This document shows, in pieces, positions 20,554-33,425 of a stretch of DNA of 64,000 nucleotides; the stretch's first letter is position 1; each line of letters starts with the position of its first letter. This DNA is from Macrostomum hystrix (taxonomy: Eukaryota; Animalia; Platyhelminthes), in assembly GCA_950097015.1 (NCBI GenBank), contig CATNEN010000011.1:6138001-6202000 (forward strand), written 5' to 3'. The position numbers were made by a program, and so were the translations under genes. Under the pieces are notes generated by a model. That model saw only the letters and a program-made list of their open reading frames with translations, was not told where the DNA came from and ran no database searches.

Positions 20554-23500
20554 ACAAACCTCAAACTTTGTACTCAAATCTTCAAAAAAGCCGCACCAAC
20601 ACTAAAACTCCGCTGAAAAAGTCCACTAAACTACATCCCATATCGTAACTACTACATACTCGTATTTCAAAAGTTTATTACTGCCGCACTAGGTCGAGAT
20701 GCCCCTATTGAGGCAAACCTGTATTCCCCTCCAAGCAATGACTACTGCATTAGACGGGGTCGCCTAGCTGGTGGCAGTAAAGAATTGAAGTGCCGAATAT
20801 TCAATAAAGACAACAATTAGCCTATGCAAAATGTCAGGAAGCAAGTTCTGCTGCAGTGTTTACAGTACCACCTGCTTCCATTAACTCTGCCCCAATGCTT
20901 TAAGAATTTTCCCATTCTCTGAGTCCCTCCCCCCCCATTAACCCTCTGGACTCTGTCCCTGCTCAAACAGACAGCACGCGGTGCTCGGGTCAGGGAAAAG
21001 AGTTTTTCTATCAATAGAAGCTCAACTCAAGAAGTCGGATCGTAACCGGTTCAAAACTTAACGAAGAAGTTCGCGACACAACCGCGCGAGGGGGCGGGGT
21101 TCGGGCACTTTGTAAGCAAAGAAAAAACTGTAAAACTAAAATAGAATCCGAAAAGCTTTTAGCCTCAAAATGGAGAATGCGGCGTCAGTGAGACGGGGGG
21201 CATCGGCTAGGACTGAGGCCAACCCAATGCAAAGTTTCGAGACTACTCAAGCGATCCTCCTATTTGCCAAACAAGTGAATGAGCTTTCTCAAAAGTCCGT
21301 TTCTTAAGTGGTCCCCTCAACAATGAGCGGTGCGCTCAACTCGCCTGACGAAAAGGCTGTCAGCACAGCCGACTACTTGTCTGTAGAGGCTGAATTTGTT
21401 TCCTAGACTCGTTTAATAATAAAAGGATCTATTACCACTGTCGGACATTCTCCATTTATTGCTACTAAAGTGGGCCAGCTAACTAACTGGAGTTCAGGAC
21501 TGACTCTTACAGCGTGAGATGAATGGAATTCAAAAGATCAGAGCAAAGGGGAGAAAACTCGAGGGAGGAGGGGAAGGGTAAGAAGGGAAGAAGGGAGGGA
21601 GAAGCGAGTGGAAGAGAGGTGGGGGAGAAGAAGTAGAGGTGAGGAAGAGAAAGAGATGGAGGAGAAGAGAAGAGAGAAATAGAATATTTATATGCTTGTA
21701 AAACGGAGACAGTTTGAGAGTGAATGTGTTGTAGAAAAAGACAATGGCTCTTATCGAGTCTTATTGACACATCTACTAGAAGATAAAAAAGATGCAGAAA
21801 TAAATTTGTATGCCTAGAATAGTACACAGTTATTAGACAAGTTACGATTGATACTAAAGTGCAACCTTAACAAGAGTTTAGTTTAAAATTAGTTTTTTTA
21901 CCAAATGTGATTTATTTGCACCAGCGAGTTAAATAAACAGCGACACTCGTCCACTCAATTAACAGTTTCGTTTGATAAAATTGGCGTGACTGATTCTCCA
22001 AATTAGGAAGCAGCAGCAGCAGAAACTTAATCCCGAAATGACAGCTTTTAAATAGCGAGGAACATGCGAACTATTTCAAATTGGCATCGTAACTGAACAT
22101 TTTTACAAAAAACTATGGAAAAAAGTTGGTGTGACCGGGTTGAGTTGTGTAACTCATCCCTTAAATATCGACGGGCTAATTCGCTATTTTTGACCAGTTG
22201 GGTCAGAGCTCGTGACAGCTTTAATTCGATTGATTTTACTTTAAAAATGATGTTTTTGTTTAAATCAACTGCCCTTGAACTTTTTTTAAATGTGTAAACT
22301 GAGAGAAGCAGCGAGAGGAGTATGCAACTGCAGCCATGCTATCGGCACAATCAAAAGTTTTGTTTTTCTACTTTAAGTTGAAGCCAAAATCGTTCAAACA
22401 CACCTTTTTATTGTTTTCTATCTTTTTTGGAAATTGGATCTGGATTTTTCAAGCTGATATGGTGCACAGAATTTAAATTTTGGCGACAAACTATGCTTGA
22501 ACGTATGCTATGAATGGAATTGGGATTCTACATATATTGCACTGGAAACAGCAGTTAAGCATAAAATGCTAATTTCACGGCTTAATTGGATAATACAGAA
22601 CATTCAACCCTCTCAGATCCTTCCATCAAATATTTCCTTGAACTATTCTTTGAACAATGCAAAGCAACTTCAATTCCGTCCTGTGGCTCGGTATGAAAAA
22701 TACAATAGCAATGCTTGATTTATAACGTACGAATTATCCAATACTAAAATGTTAACTCGTTTTAAATCTGCTTCTTTACTTTTAAGTTGCCCACAGTGCG
22801 CTTCAGTTAGTGTTTTAGATGAAAAACAGTTCATTTAGCTTAACTAAAGTAAAACTTCAGTGCATATGTAAACCAATGTGTAAGTACTAGAATCGTTCCA
22901 AACAACTCTGGCTTTAAAATTGTGATCTTTTGTACAATAAATATTCCTTTATAGAAAAGTTTTGAAAAAAACAACAGAACTCTATTGATTTTTATCTGTG
23001 ATGCTAGTGGACTAAATTGTATATTTGTCTGTGTCATGGTTCATTCGTTTTATCTGAAAAATGGGGTGCAGATTAGCTAGTCCAATATACTAAATTAAAA
23101 AATAGTTCTAATTGGTTGATTGCCCCAGCCAATGAATGTGCACCACACAGACAGTTAGAGCAACTACAATTCTGCCAAGATCCAACTTCTCTCTCGGTTC
23201 CGGAAATTTTTAACGCAACTGAAGACGGAACGGTCGGTCGGCGCGCACGCGTCTTGTTGAAAATGATAAACCCCAGGGTTATTTTAGGGAGAGAGAAAGA
23301 TATTGTGGACGCGGGGCGGGAGCTAGGACAGAGCGGAAGGCCCTCTTGGTTGGCTGTCGTTGGGCTATGACTGGGTATTTGTGGATAAAAATTCAATTCC
23401 AAAATGATAAAGCCCAACGCACCCAGTACAGAATCACTGTGAGAAAGCTGCGAGTGCTTCATTTAAATCGTTTAGCAAGCAACAAAAAGTAGCAAACGTT

Positions 23501-24247
23501 CCTAGAACAGCCAGTCCTGTTCATCCAAATTTTCATCAACACAATTTCTAGTGACGTTGGCATTCCTTAGATTAGGTTATTTAGTGAGCACATTATTTAA
23601 AATTAAAGTTCAGTTTCAGCAGTTTGACAGCTGTTCCGTTTATTGAGACGACAGGTAGGCATGCATAATCGAACTCTATAAATATATATCTCTTTATTAC
23701 TGAATTCGAAATGCTAAACTAGTTTAAAAAGAATTTAGAATGTTGAATATTCTCATCATTATTCTAGTCCGGTGTAATAGTACGCTCGTACATACATTTG
23801 CTTAATTTGAGAGCACAATGTATGGCTAGACACCAGGGGTGATAAAATATGGCCCATTGTCTAATTGTGCGGATGCAACTCATTATGCAAATAATTTCCA
23901 GTTGCTAAGCTAGCTCTTTACTATTAAGTAGGAAATTGGGACTAAGGAGATTGTTAAGTTGACGTTGGCATAAGTAGCAAAGAATTTTAGACTGACTGTA
24001 GGCAAACACTGCTGGGACATTGACGTGCTGGACTTATTTTCTCAGCTGTCACTTCTCTTGTGAGTAACTCAAACGAGGCAAAGTGACTGCTCTAACAGGG
24101 CAGTTAAGTCAATTTGACTAGCAGTATCTGCATCAAATCCACGGGCTTATTGGTCACTATTGGCTGATTAAATGAGTCTGTCTGGATGGATTAACAAACC
24201 TAAGCTGAATATTAATTTTAACACCCATTGCAGCACTTAGAGGGCGT

Positions 24248-24537
24248 CAGAGTGAGTAGGTCTGTTCAGAGTGAGTAGGTCTGTTCAGAGTGAGTAGGTC
24301 TGTTCAGATTGAGTAGGTCTGTTCAGATTGAGTAGGTCTGTTCAGAGTGAGTAGGTCTGTTCAGATTGAGTAGGTCTGTTCAGAGTGAGTAGGTCTGTTC
24401 AGAGTGAGTAGGTCTGTTTAGATTGAGTAGGTCTGTTCAGAGTGAGTAGGTCTGTTCAGAGTGAGTAGGTCTGTTCAGATTGAGTAGGTCTGTTCAGATT
24501 GAGTAGGTCTGTTCAGATTGAGTAGGTCTGTTCAGAA
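24248..24537. repeat. 19-bp tandem repeat (~15 copies)
   Basis: cagagtgagtaggtctgtt with a g/t variant. Confidence 0.95.
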
Positions 24538-24640
24538 TGAGTCACACGGGACGCAAATTATCTCGCGGGAGTGTTGAAGTGGTTTTGGTTAAAAAGCAGG
24601 TGCCAAATATCGGCTCTTTCTAACAGGTAGACGCTCTCTC

Positions 24641-24897
24641 TAAAAGCTAGGCCCTGTGTCTAACAGCTAGGCTCTCTGTCTAACAGCTAGGCTCTCTGTC
24701 TAACAGCTAGGCCCTCTGTCTAACAGCTAGGCCCTCTATCTAACAGCTAGGCCCTCTGTCTAACAGCTAGGCCCTCTATCTAACAGCTAGGCCCTCTGTC
24801 TAACAGCTAGGCCCTCTATCTAACAGCTAGGCCCTCTGTCTAACAGCTAGGCCCTCTGTCTAACAGCTAGGCCCTCTGTCTAACAGCTAGGCCCTCT
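24641..24897. repeat. 20-bp tandem repeat (~12 copies)
   Basis: ctaacagctaggccctctgt. Confidence 0.95.
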
Positions 24898-25361
24898 AGA
24901 TAGCAGAGTGGGTTAATAGGAGTGAGGAGAGGGGAGAGAGAAGAGATGAGAGGACACAGGTGAGAGGAGATGGGAGAAATGTGAGAGGCAAGAAGACACG
25001 AGAGAGAAGACAGGAGAGGCTAGAGGCAGAAATAAATGTTAACAAGGGGAGTGTTGTCCCACAGGATCAGTAAAGGATCCAGGCAGAGATAATATGTTGG
25101 AGACACGTATAGTTTTGAGTTTCCACTTCTCTGGCTGAGATTATTATTCAGAGTCGGATTTCTATTTGTCGTAGTATTTTTTCACTACAGCAACATCGAC
25201 AGCAGAAGCAGCATCAGCTGCTGATTTTCTGCTGAAGTGTTAGCAAACGCAGTTTTTTACGCTTTTTTTCCTACTCAGTTTCCACTGACCCAGGCGTGCC
25301 CAGAATATTTATCAGGTCGTGTCGGTGGACTGTGTCCCAGCATCTATAGTGTAACTGGGAT

Positions 25362-25669
25362 TGCAGGAGGGCTGCGGGCAATGGCACATCATTTGGTGAC
25401 ACTAGACCCGCAGCCAGCGAGGAGGTGATTCTGCCCATTTCGCTGACTCCTGAGCACACACGCACACAGATACTGTACGCAGGCACACGCTCACACAGGT
25501 GTGTACATCTGCCCCGACTTTCTCATCGTCAGGCAGTGTACACTATCACTGTGCCCCCAAGCCTTCTCACCACGGCTGCGCCCCAAATGAATGTGGCCTC
25601 GCCGCGGAATCGAGCTCAGGGACCTCGGTGCGAGAGACAAACGTGTTTGACCGCTCTGCCACTCACCCC
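25362..25669 (-). mobile_element. SINE family A copy
   Basis: Colinear with 8828-9183, including the A-box/B-box head. Confidence 0.85.
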
Positions 25670-26254
25670 CTTGAGTGATGAGTTATGAAATAGGCTGTGT
25701 ACAGCTGTTCAGTCCATGGACTGTGGAATCCACCTGAAATTCTTCCCCTGCAGTTGAATTTCTATAAAGTGTCTTGCTCTCAAGGACACTAAATTGTTGC
25801 TTTTAGGTTGAATGTAGAACTTTAAACCCCATAGAACAAGCAATAACTGCTATTGACGAGGCCACGTAACTGAATTTTAATTTACAAATTCCTCAGTGAT
25901 TTCTAAAAATCAATTTTAGATTCCGTTTTTGGGGCTCGTTTAGACACGTTTCAAATATTCGTTTCTAACCACCAGAAATTTCTAATATTTAACACTTCAG
26001 CGCTTCAGTCAGTATGTGCCGGTGCTAATTCCGATATAAGATAGCGAAAATTTCCACTTTTCAATATATTTTTCCTCACGCGCAAACCTGTTCTGTTTTG
26101 TTTAAGACAAAGAAAACTTCCGGAGTTTCAGACCGGAGATTTTTGAGGGTTTCGGAAATTAAAACAAGAATTTTTTTCATTTAAAATAGCTGAAAATTCA
26201 TACTGAACGTTCGACATTAAGGTACAGTCTCACCAGTTTCTTAATGTTTCTTAA

Positions 26255-28720
26255 TGACACAGTCTCTCACCTGTTAGACACAGGCTCTCACCTGTTAGAC
26301 ACAGTCTCACACCTGTTAGACACAGTATCATACCTGTTAGACACAGTATCACACCTGTTAGACACAGTCTCACACCTGTTAGACACAGTATCATACCTGT
26401 TAGACACAGTATCATACCTGTTAGACACAGTATCACACCTGTTAGACACAGTCTCACACCTGTTAGACACAGTATCACACCTGTTAGACACAGTATCATA
26501 CCTGTTAGACACAGTATCACACCTGTTAGACACAGTATCACACCTGTTAGACACAGTATCACACCTGTTAGACACAGTATCATACCTGTTAGACACAGTA
26601 TCATACCTGTTAGACACAGTATCACACCTGTTAGACACAGTATCACACCTGTTAGACACAGTATCACACCTGTTAGACACAGTATCACACCTGTTAGACA
26701 CAGTTTCACACCTGTTAGACACAGTATCACACCTGTTAGACACAGTATCACACCTGTTAGACACAGTATCACACCCGTTAGACACAGTATCACACCTGTT
26801 AGACACAGTATCATACCTGTTAGACACAGTATCACACCTGTTATACACAGTCTCACACTACTGCTAGGCACAGTCTCACACCTGTTAGACACAGTATCAT
26901 TCCTGATAGACACAGTATCACACCTGTTAGACACAGTATCATACCTGTTAGACACAGTATCACACCTGTTAGACACAGTATCATACCTGTTAGACACAGT
27001 ATCACACCTGTTAGACACAGTATCACACCTGTTAGACACAGTATCACACCTGTTAGACACAGTATCATACCTGTTAGACACAGTCTCACACCTGTTAGAC
27101 ACAGTCTCACACCTGTTAGACACAGTATCATACCTGTTAGACATAGTCTCTCACCTGTTAGACACAGTATCACACCAGTTAGACACAGTATCATACCTGT
27201 TAGACACAGTCTCACACCTGTTAGACACAGTATCATACCTGTTAGACATAGTCTCTCACCTGTTATACACAGTATCACACCAGTTAGACACAGTATCATA
27301 CCTGTTAGACACAGTCTCACACCTGTTAGACACAGTATCATACCTGTTAGACACAGTATCACACCTGTTAGACACAGTATCACACCTGTTAGACACAGTA
27401 TCACACCTGTTAGACACAGTATCACACCTGTTAGACACAGTTTCACACCTGTTAGACACATTATCACACCTGTTAGACACAGTATCATACCTGTTAGACA
27501 CAGTATCATACCTGTTAGACACAGTATCACACCTGTTAGACACAGTATCACACCTGTTAGACACAGTATCACACCTGTTAGACACAGTTTCACACCTGTT
27601 AGACACATTATCACACCTGTTAGACACAGTATCATACCTATTAGACACAGTATCACACGTGTTAGACACAGTCTCACACCTGTTAGACACAGTATCATAC
27701 CTGTTAGACACAGTATCACACCTGTTAGACACATTATCATACCTGTTAGACACAGTATCATACCTGTTAGACACAGTATCATACCTGTTAGACACAGTAT
27801 CATACCTGTTAGACACAGTATCATACCTGTTAGACACAGTATCACACCTGTTAGACACAGTATCATACCTGTTAGACACAGTATCATACCTGTTAGACAC
27901 AGTATCACACCTGTTAGACACAGTATCATACCTGTTAGACACAGTATCATACCTGTTAGACACATTATCACACCTGTTAGACACAGTCTCACACCTGTTA
28001 GACACAGTATCATACCTGTTAGACACAGTATCATACCTGTTAGACACAGTATCACACCTGTTAGACACAGTATCACACCTGTTAGACACAGTATCACACC
28101 TGTTAGACACAGTATCACACCTGTTAGACACAGTTTCACACCTGTTAGACACAGTATCACACCTGTTAGACACAGTATCATACCTGTTAGACACAGTCTC
28201 ACACCTGTTAGACACAGTATCATACCTGTTAGACACAGTATCACACCTATTAGACACAGTATCACACCTGTTAGACACAGTATCACACCTGTTAGACACA
28301 GTATCACACCTGTTAGACACAGTATCACACCTGTTAGACACAGTATCATACCTGTTAGACACAGTATCACACCTGTTAGACACAGTATCACACCTGTTAG
28401 ACACAGTATCACACCTGTTAGACACAGTATCACACCTGTTAGACACAGTATCACACCTGTTAGACACAGTATCACACCTGTTAGACACAGTATCACACCT
28501 GTTAGACACAGTATCATACCTGTTAGACACAGTATCACACCTGTTAGACACAGTATCACACCTGTTAGACACAGTATCACACCTGTTAGACACAGTATCA
28601 CACCTGTTAGACACAGTATCACACCTGTTAGACACAGTATCACACCTGTTAGACACAGTATCACACCTGTTAGACACAGTATCACACCTGTTAGACACAG
28701 TATCATTCCTGATAGACACA
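26255..28720. repeat. 21-bp minisatellite (~115 copies)
   Basis: gacacagtatcacacctgtta; the source of five artefactual long ORFs. Confidence 0.97.
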
Positions 28721-29074
28721 ATTTTCCTAAAGTTCTTTGCCGACAGTGGATCCGAGTACTTAACAACTTGACTCAAACTTTCTCGATCTCGTGCAATTGA
28801 ATTCTGCCAACAGACATGTAGACCTGAACTGTGTGTCTGATTTCTTCTAGTATTCTCCTATGATCTCTTGGCTTGAGGACACTTGTCCGTTTAACTAGGG
28901 CACATTGTGGTGTTAGACAGCAGTTTTCAGCCATAATTTGTACGATCATATTTTGAGCAGTGTCTAGACTCAAATAAATCGACAGGTGGTCAAAATTATT
29001 TTGGATTACCAGGCCAAGTATTTGAGTTTGTTAAGAGATTTTCCGTAAGGTTATCAGGGTATGACCGACTGCGA

Positions 29075-30152
29075 ATCTTCAGGGCAATATCATGAATCTT
29101 CAGGGAACAATCATGAATCTTCAGGGAACAATCATGAATCTACAGGGCACGATCAACAATCTTCAGGGCACGATCATCAATCTTCAGGGCACGATCATCA
29201 ATCTTCAGGGAACGATCATCAATCTTCTGGGCACGATGATCAATCTTCAGGGAATGATCATCAATCTTCAGGGCACGATGATCAATCTTCAGGGAACGAT
29301 CATCAATCTTCAGGGCACGATGATCAATCTTCAGGGAACGATCATCAATCTTCAGGGAACGATCATGAATCTTCAGGGCACGATGATCAATCTTCAGGGA
29401 ACGATCATCAATCTTCAGGGAACGATCATGAATCTTCAGGGCACGATGATCAATCTTCAGGGAACGATCATCAATCTTCAGGGAACGATCATCAATCTTC
29501 AGGGAACGATCATCAATCTTCAGGGAACGATCATCAATCTTCAGGGCACGATCATCAATCTTCAGGGAACGATCATCAATCTTCAGGGCACGATCATCAA
29601 TCTTCAGGGCACGATCATCAATCTTCAGGGCATGATCATCAATCTTCAGGGCACGATCATGAATCTTCAGGGCACGATCATCAATCTTCAGGGCACGATC
29701 GTCAATCTTCAGGGAACGATCATGAATCTTCAGGGAACGATCAACAATCTTCAGGGCACGATCGTCAATCTTCAGGGAACGATCATGAATCTTCAGGGAA
29801 CGATCATGAATCTTCAGGGCACGATGATCAATCTTCAGGGAACGATCAACAATCTTCAGGGAACGATCATCAATCTTCAGGGAACGATCATCAATCTTCA
29901 GGGAACGATCATCAATCTTCTGGGCACGATCATCAATCTTCAGGGAACGATCATGAATCTTCAGGGCACGATCATCAATCTTCAGGGAACGATCATCAAT
30001 CTTCAGGGCACGATCATCAATCTTCAGGGAATGATTATCAATCTTCAGGGCACGATGATCAATCTTCAGGGAACGATAATCAATCTTCAGGGAACGATCA
30101 TCAATCTTCAGGGCACGATGATCAATCTTCAGGGAACGATCATCAATCTACA
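29075..30152. repeat. 21-bp minisatellite (~50 copies) just upstream of the second DEG/ENaC gene
   Basis: cagggaacgatcatcaatctt; open in two + frames. Confidence 0.97.
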
Positions 30153-30257
30153 GGTTTATGCTCAGAGATTTTCCGGAACCTTTAAGTTACCCAGATCCCC
30201 TAAAACTTGCGGATGCAAACTGGTCGATAATATTTTTGCCTCGACCTTCAGCTCATC

Positions 30258-30851
30258 ATGCTACCCGAAGCGGCAAGGATTTTCCTAGAAACCAGCAGCA
30301 TCCGCGGTGTTGGCAAGGTGGTCAAGACCCAGAGTCCTCTGCTGAGCCGCATGTGGTGCGTCTTCGTGCTGGGCTCGACTTCGCTGCTATTCTACAGCGT
30401 GTTCAAGATCACCCTGGAGTACCTGCAGTACGACGTCAACATCCAGACCTACCAGAAGATCGACGACGAGTCGCCATTCCCTGCTGTCAGCATCTGCAAC
30501 AACCAGCCGTTCTCCATCAACGCTTACAGACGCTGGTCGGACAATCGAAGCAGGTCGCCAACTGAGTTTAACAAGTACCTGCGCCAGCGCGCTCTCAATC
30601 TAGTCAGCGCTGACACCATGCGAGCCAAGTACCGCGAGATGATCAACGCCAAGACCAACAACGACGATGAGAAGGCGGACAGAATCCAAGGCTCGATATT
30701 TGAAAAGAGCGTAGCCTCCATGACCTACTCGCTTATCTACGATAATCCGAGAATGTATTATCAGAACATGCCCGCTGATGAAGCGGTGGAGCTGGGACAT
30801 ACCAGAAATGAGTCCATCGTTGATTGCATCTTCAAGTACGGATCTATACAG
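30258..30851 (+). CDS. DEG/ENaC channel subunit 2, exon 1
   Basis: FLETSSIRGV..., TM1 RMWCVFVLGSTSLLFYSVFKITLEYLQY, FPAVSICN motif; donor CAG|GTATGT. Confidence 0.9.
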
Positions 30852-30908
30852 GTATGTTGGTGGATGACTCACCTCTTAGAAACAGATTCAAAAATTGTTG
30901 ACACAGTT

Positions 30909-31207
30909 AGCGAGGAGGCAATTCTGCCCATTTCGCTGACTCCTGAGCACACACTCACACAGATACTGCACGCAGGCACACGCTCACACAGGTGTGTACA
31001 TCTGCCCTGACTTTATCATCGTCAGGCAGTAGTGTACACTGTCACTATGCCTTGGAGGTTGGCCCTCAATGGCGTAAACTGCACGACAAGCCCCCAAGCC
31101 TTCTCTTCGCGGCTGCAACCCAATTTAATGTGGCCTCGCCGCGGAATCGAGCTCAGTGACCTTGGTCCGAGAGGCAATCGCGTTAGAACCGTTATGCCAC
31201 TCATCCC
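30909..31207 (-). mobile_element. SINE family A copy in DEG/ENaC-2 intron 1
   Basis: Colinear with 8828-9183, 3' end missing. Confidence 0.85.
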
Positions 31208-31313
31208 CAGTATCATTTTTAGACATATTTTCACCTGTTAGACATGTGCTTATTGATGGATGAGCTGCTGTTTTAACATCGTGCTTCAAACCATCCATAA
31301 CACCCCTACTCAG

Positions 31314-31565
31314 GTTCTGGGCACCCGCGGCTGTCAGGACAACATGATCGACGTTGAGACCTTCTCAGATCCGAACTTCTTCAACTGCCTGTCTGTGGAA
31401 TTCAAGCCCGAGTACGCCAAGGACATCATCAGCCTGACCCTGATTGTGTGGCTGGGCCCGGACGATGGCTACGATATCAAGTACAGGCAGAGCTTTCTCA
31501 ACGAGGTCTACGAGCAGGCCTATGGACTTCGGGTGGTCATTCACGAGCCAAAAACACAGCCTAGG
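31314..31565 (+). CDS. DEG/ENaC channel subunit 2, exon 2
   Basis: ACTCAG acceptor; FSDPNFFNCL...LTLIVWL...GLRVVIHEPKTQP (GxRVxIH motif); donor GTGAGG. Confidence 0.9.
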
Positions 31566-31671
31566 GTGAGGCTGCTTTCGTCTGTCAGAAGGATTATACG
31601 CTCGTATTTCCATGGCAGTTAAGCCTCATAGGTAGGTGAGTCCATTCTCAGTTCCGACACCCCACCCGCAG

Positions 31672-32727
31672 GTTATGGAGCAGGGCATGCAAACCGAGCC
31701 GGGCAAGATGAACGAAATCAAATACCAGCCTGTTAGGTTCGAGCGCAAGGACACGCCGAAGAACCCGTGCATTGCGCCCGAGGACGCTCACAAGCAGAAG
31801 TTCAAAGACTTGAAGATGGAGTACAGCTACGACTTTGAGCTGTGCCTGAACTCCAAAGTGCAGGAGGTGGTGCTGCGCCAGTGCGGCTGCATGTACATCG
31901 AGCTGCCGCGCATAGCCATGCCAAATAAGACGCATCCGTACTGCGGCTTCATGGACGAGAAGTTCGGTCAGCGCTCTCAGTGCGTCAAGGGCTTGAACAT
32001 GCGAGAGATTCGCAAATCCTTTCAAGGCAAAGAGTGCTTCCCCAAGTGCGTGGACCTCAGCTTCGAGAAGGAGCTGTCAATGACCAAATGGCGCGAGACC
32101 AAATGGATGCTGCACTGGATCAAGGAGCTCTGCGAACGTTGGGACAATCATTTCAAGCAGCTGCACAGTTCCAACATCACCGAGTTCGAGAAGAGTCTAA
32201 CGAGCGTCACAGACTACCTGACTAGGGACAACATCACGGACATGCGCGCCCTGGGCAGCGGCAAAGCGGCGTTTGACTTCGACGATCGATTCTCGTTTCT
32301 GGTGGTGAAACGACAGAGCAACAACACCCTAGTGAAGACAGAGAAGATTGTCCTGACGCTGAACGCCCTGTTCAGTCGCGTCGGCGGACTCTGCTCAGTG
32401 TACATCGGCCTGACCCTCACCTTCATCATGGAATGCGTTGAATTCATTTTCAGACTGGCCTCCTGCGACCAAACCAAAGCGGCCTCTGGTGGCGAGGGCA
32501 ACAGTTCAGCGCCTGCCTGCGGAGCGAACCCCTGCCGCGGAGTGGTGGAATTGACGGGCCAGGAAGCCAACACGGAGCATTGCGCGCCGGAGAGTCAGAG
32601 TCTCATGGTGAAGCCGCCAGGTGAGCTGGACGGCAACACGTTGACTCTCGGCAATGAGCACAGCAGAGCTCTGCCAGATTATCGGCACGGACAGGTGTGG
32701 GTCAGGCAGGCCGACTCCAGGGTGTGA
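31672..32727 (+). CDS. DEG/ENaC channel subunit 2, exon 3 (633 aa total)
   Basis: CCCGCAG acceptor; CLNSKVQEVVLRQCGC...CFPKC; TM2 LFSRVGGLCSVYIGLTLTFIMECVEF. Confidence 0.9.
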   Translation, partial: VMEQGMQTEPGKMNEIKYQPVRFERKDTPKNPCIAPEDAHKQKFKDLKMEYSYDFELCLNSKVQEVVLRQCGCMYIELPRIAMPNKTHPYCGFMDEKFGQRSQCVKGLNMREIRKSFQGKECFPKCVDLSFEKELSMTKWRETKWMLHWIKELCERWDNHFKQLHSSNITEFEKSLTSVTDYLTRDNITDMRALGSGKAAFDFDDRFSFLVVKRQSNNTLVKTEKIVLTLNALFSRVGGLCSVYIGLTLTFIMECVEFIFRLASCDQTKAASGGEGNSSAPACGANPCRGVVELTGQEANTEHCAPESQSLMVKPPGELDGNTLTLGNEHSRALPDYRHGQVWVRQADSRV

Positions 32728-33107
32728 CTTTGAGCTGGTTCTGCATCACTGAACCTGTATTACTAATTATACAATTCTTTTTTTGACAGACAGATAGGAA
32801 AAAACTGAATGGGGGTTTTCTGTGTGTATATTTTCTTGTATGCAAAAGCTTGCGTTGATAAGGACACGCTTCTTTTATTATTTTGTTTGTATCGACAAGG
32901 ATACTCCCTTTACGGATTACTTTCAATAGTTTTAAGCAGCAATAACAAGCGCAAAAATTTGTTTAAAATGTTTAGTTTAAATTTTCCCCGTAATTGTAGC
33001 CACAGTTATTCTAATAAGTAATCCAACACAGAAGCTATCGTTATATCTTTGTCTTTGAGTTTTTACCATGATATACAAAGAGTTATACTCGTTCACAGGT
33101 TCAGAGC

Positions 33108-33425
33108 AGAGGTTTTAGCCTAGTGGTTAGGGCGTCGGACTCACGACTTGAAGGTCGGGGGTTCGATTCCCGACTCCACTGGAACAATTTGTGTCCTTTA
33201 GTAAGACGCTTAACTCTGCATTGCTTCAGTTCACCCAGCTGTTAAATGGGTACCAGCATCAGCTGGGATAATTGAAGGTGGGTGTGGCGTCCTCCCAGTC
33301 CGTGGACTGAACAGCTGTACGCAGCCTTCAGATGCGCCGCGCATTAGCTGCGGCTGTGCTGTCGGCTGCACATCTGACCCAATTGGGGCAGGTGTAATCA
33401 ATTATATATTATTATTAATTAATAT
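33108..33425 (+). mobile_element. SINE family B, full length (tRNA head, CORE-like body, AT tail)
   Basis: A box tagcctagtggtt, B box ggttcgattcc; body gtaagacgcttaactctgcattgcttcagttcacccagctgttaaatgggtacc; tail (att)n. Confidence 0.9.

Noticed and set aside
26244-28776. Several 186-637 aa ORFs (LDTVSHL, CDTVSNR, ILCLTGV repeats)
   Set aside because: A 21-bp unit without stops opens frames on both strands; variants are not confined to silent sites.
33108-33185. tRNA genes at SINE heads (also 9110-9183, 20480-20550, 47622-47695)
   Set aside because: A and B boxes are present, but no acceptor stem closes and each continues into a shared SINE body and tail.
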